64,000 nucleotides of DNA from positions 204,414,001-204,478,000 of the forward strand of contig NC_091473.1 in assembly GCF_036971445.1 (NCBI RefSeq). The letters are read 5' to 3'. Source of the stretch: Narcine bancroftii. Taxonomy: Eukaryota. The notes beneath the pieces are model-generated. The model did not search any database and was not told the DNA's origin. It saw only the letters and a list, made by a program, of their open reading frames with translations. The position numbers and the translations under genes were made by a program. This document shows, piece by piece, positions 62,901 to 64,000 of the stretch (positions are counted from its first letter, which is position 1; each line of letters begins with the position of its first letter).

Positions 62901-64000
62901 TGACCCTCGTCCCTCTCCCCCGGTGGGGTGTTGACCCTTGTCCCTCTCCCCAGGTGAGGATGTTGACCCTCACCCCTCTCCCCGGTGGGATGTTGACACT
63001 CGTCCCTCTCCCCTGGTGGGATGTTGACCTTTGCCCCTCTCACCGGTAGGATGTTGAACTTCTCCCCTCTCCCCCGGTGGGATGTTGACTGCCCCTCTCC
63101 CCCAGTGTGGTGTTGACCCTTGCCCCACTCCCCAGCTGGGATGTTGACCTTTGCCTCTCTCACCCAGTGGGATGTTGACCTTCTCCTTCTCCCCCGGTGG
63201 GATGTTGACTGCCCCTCTCCCCCAGTGTGGTGTTGAACCTTGCCCCTCTCCCCAGGTGGGAGGTTGACCTTTGCCTCTTTCCACCGGTGGGATGTTGACC
63301 GCCCCTCTCCCCCAGGTGGGATGTTGACCTTTGCCTCTCTCACCCAGTGGGATGTTGACCACCCCACTCCCGAGGTGGGGTGTTGACCCTCGTCCCTCTC
63401 CCCCGGTGGGGTGTTGACCCTTGTCCCTCTCCCCAGGTGAGGATGTTGACCCTCACCCCTCTCCCCGGTGGGATGTTGACACTCGTCCCTCTCCCCTGGT
63501 GGGATGTTGACCTTTGCCCCTCTCCCCCGGTAGGATGTTGACCTTCTCCCCTCTCCCCCGGTGGGATGTTGACTGCCCCTCTCCCCCAGTGTGGTGTTGA
63601 CCCTTTCCCCTCTCCCCAGGTGGGATGTTGACCTTTGCCCCTTTCCACAGGTGGGATGTTGACCTTTGAACCCTCTCCCCCGGTAGGATGTTGACCTTCT
63701 CCCCTCTCCCCCGGTGGGATGTTGACTGCCCCTCTCCCCAGTGTGGTGTTGAACCTTGCCCCTCTCCCCAGGTGGGATGTTGGCCCTCGCCCCTCTCCAC
63801 CGGTGGGATGTTGACCGCCCCTCTCCCCTAGTGGGATGTTGACCCTGGCCCCTCTACCCCAGTGGGATGTTGTCCCTCGCCCCCCTCCCCCGGTGGGATG
63901 TTGACCACCCCACTCCCTAGGTGGGGTGTTGACCCTCTTCCTTCTCCCCCGGTGGGGTTTTGACCCTTGCCCCTCTCCCCAGGTGGGATGTTCACCTTCA
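56950..64000. repeat. ~31-bp satellite (gttgaccctcgcccctctcccccggtgggat), >200 units with higher-order blocks; runs off the window
   Basis: Directly visible; diagnostic variants recur at 1490-bp spacing (gttgtccctc at 60311 and 61801; cggcgctcta at ~60534 and ~62024). Confidence 0.97.

Noticed and set aside
57084-63800. Many long Gly/Arg-rich ORFs on the minus strand
   Set aside because: Satellite translation, open in all three frames

Overview
Eukaryotic (vertebrate) genomic DNA. The repeat repertoire (CR1, Rex/Babar, Penelope-like, V-SINE-like SINEs, L1, C/G-rich intronic minisatellites) suggests a cartilaginous fish; this is an inference. Three spliced genes can be rebuilt with GT-AG sites and matching phases: NOP9 (+, 10 exons, 10240-20895, ~670 aa), CIDEB (-, 5 coding exons, 34417-24331, ~217 aa) and an FHOD-family formin (+, from ~36.4-36.7 kb, running past the window end). 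The formin lies head-to-head with CIDEB and shows no N-terminal GBD/FH3 exons. Two full-length L1 elements with 16-bp TSDs sit tail-to-tail around a single formin exon. A 36-bp tandem array with 12 YY1-like motifs precedes the NOP9 promoter, and a 122-bp inverted repeat plus HNF4-type sites lie between CIDEB and the formin. A >7-kb ~31-bp satellite ends the window. The first 9 kb is decayed L1, LTR, hAT, Tc1 and Gypsy debris. No CRISPR or prokaryotic system is present.
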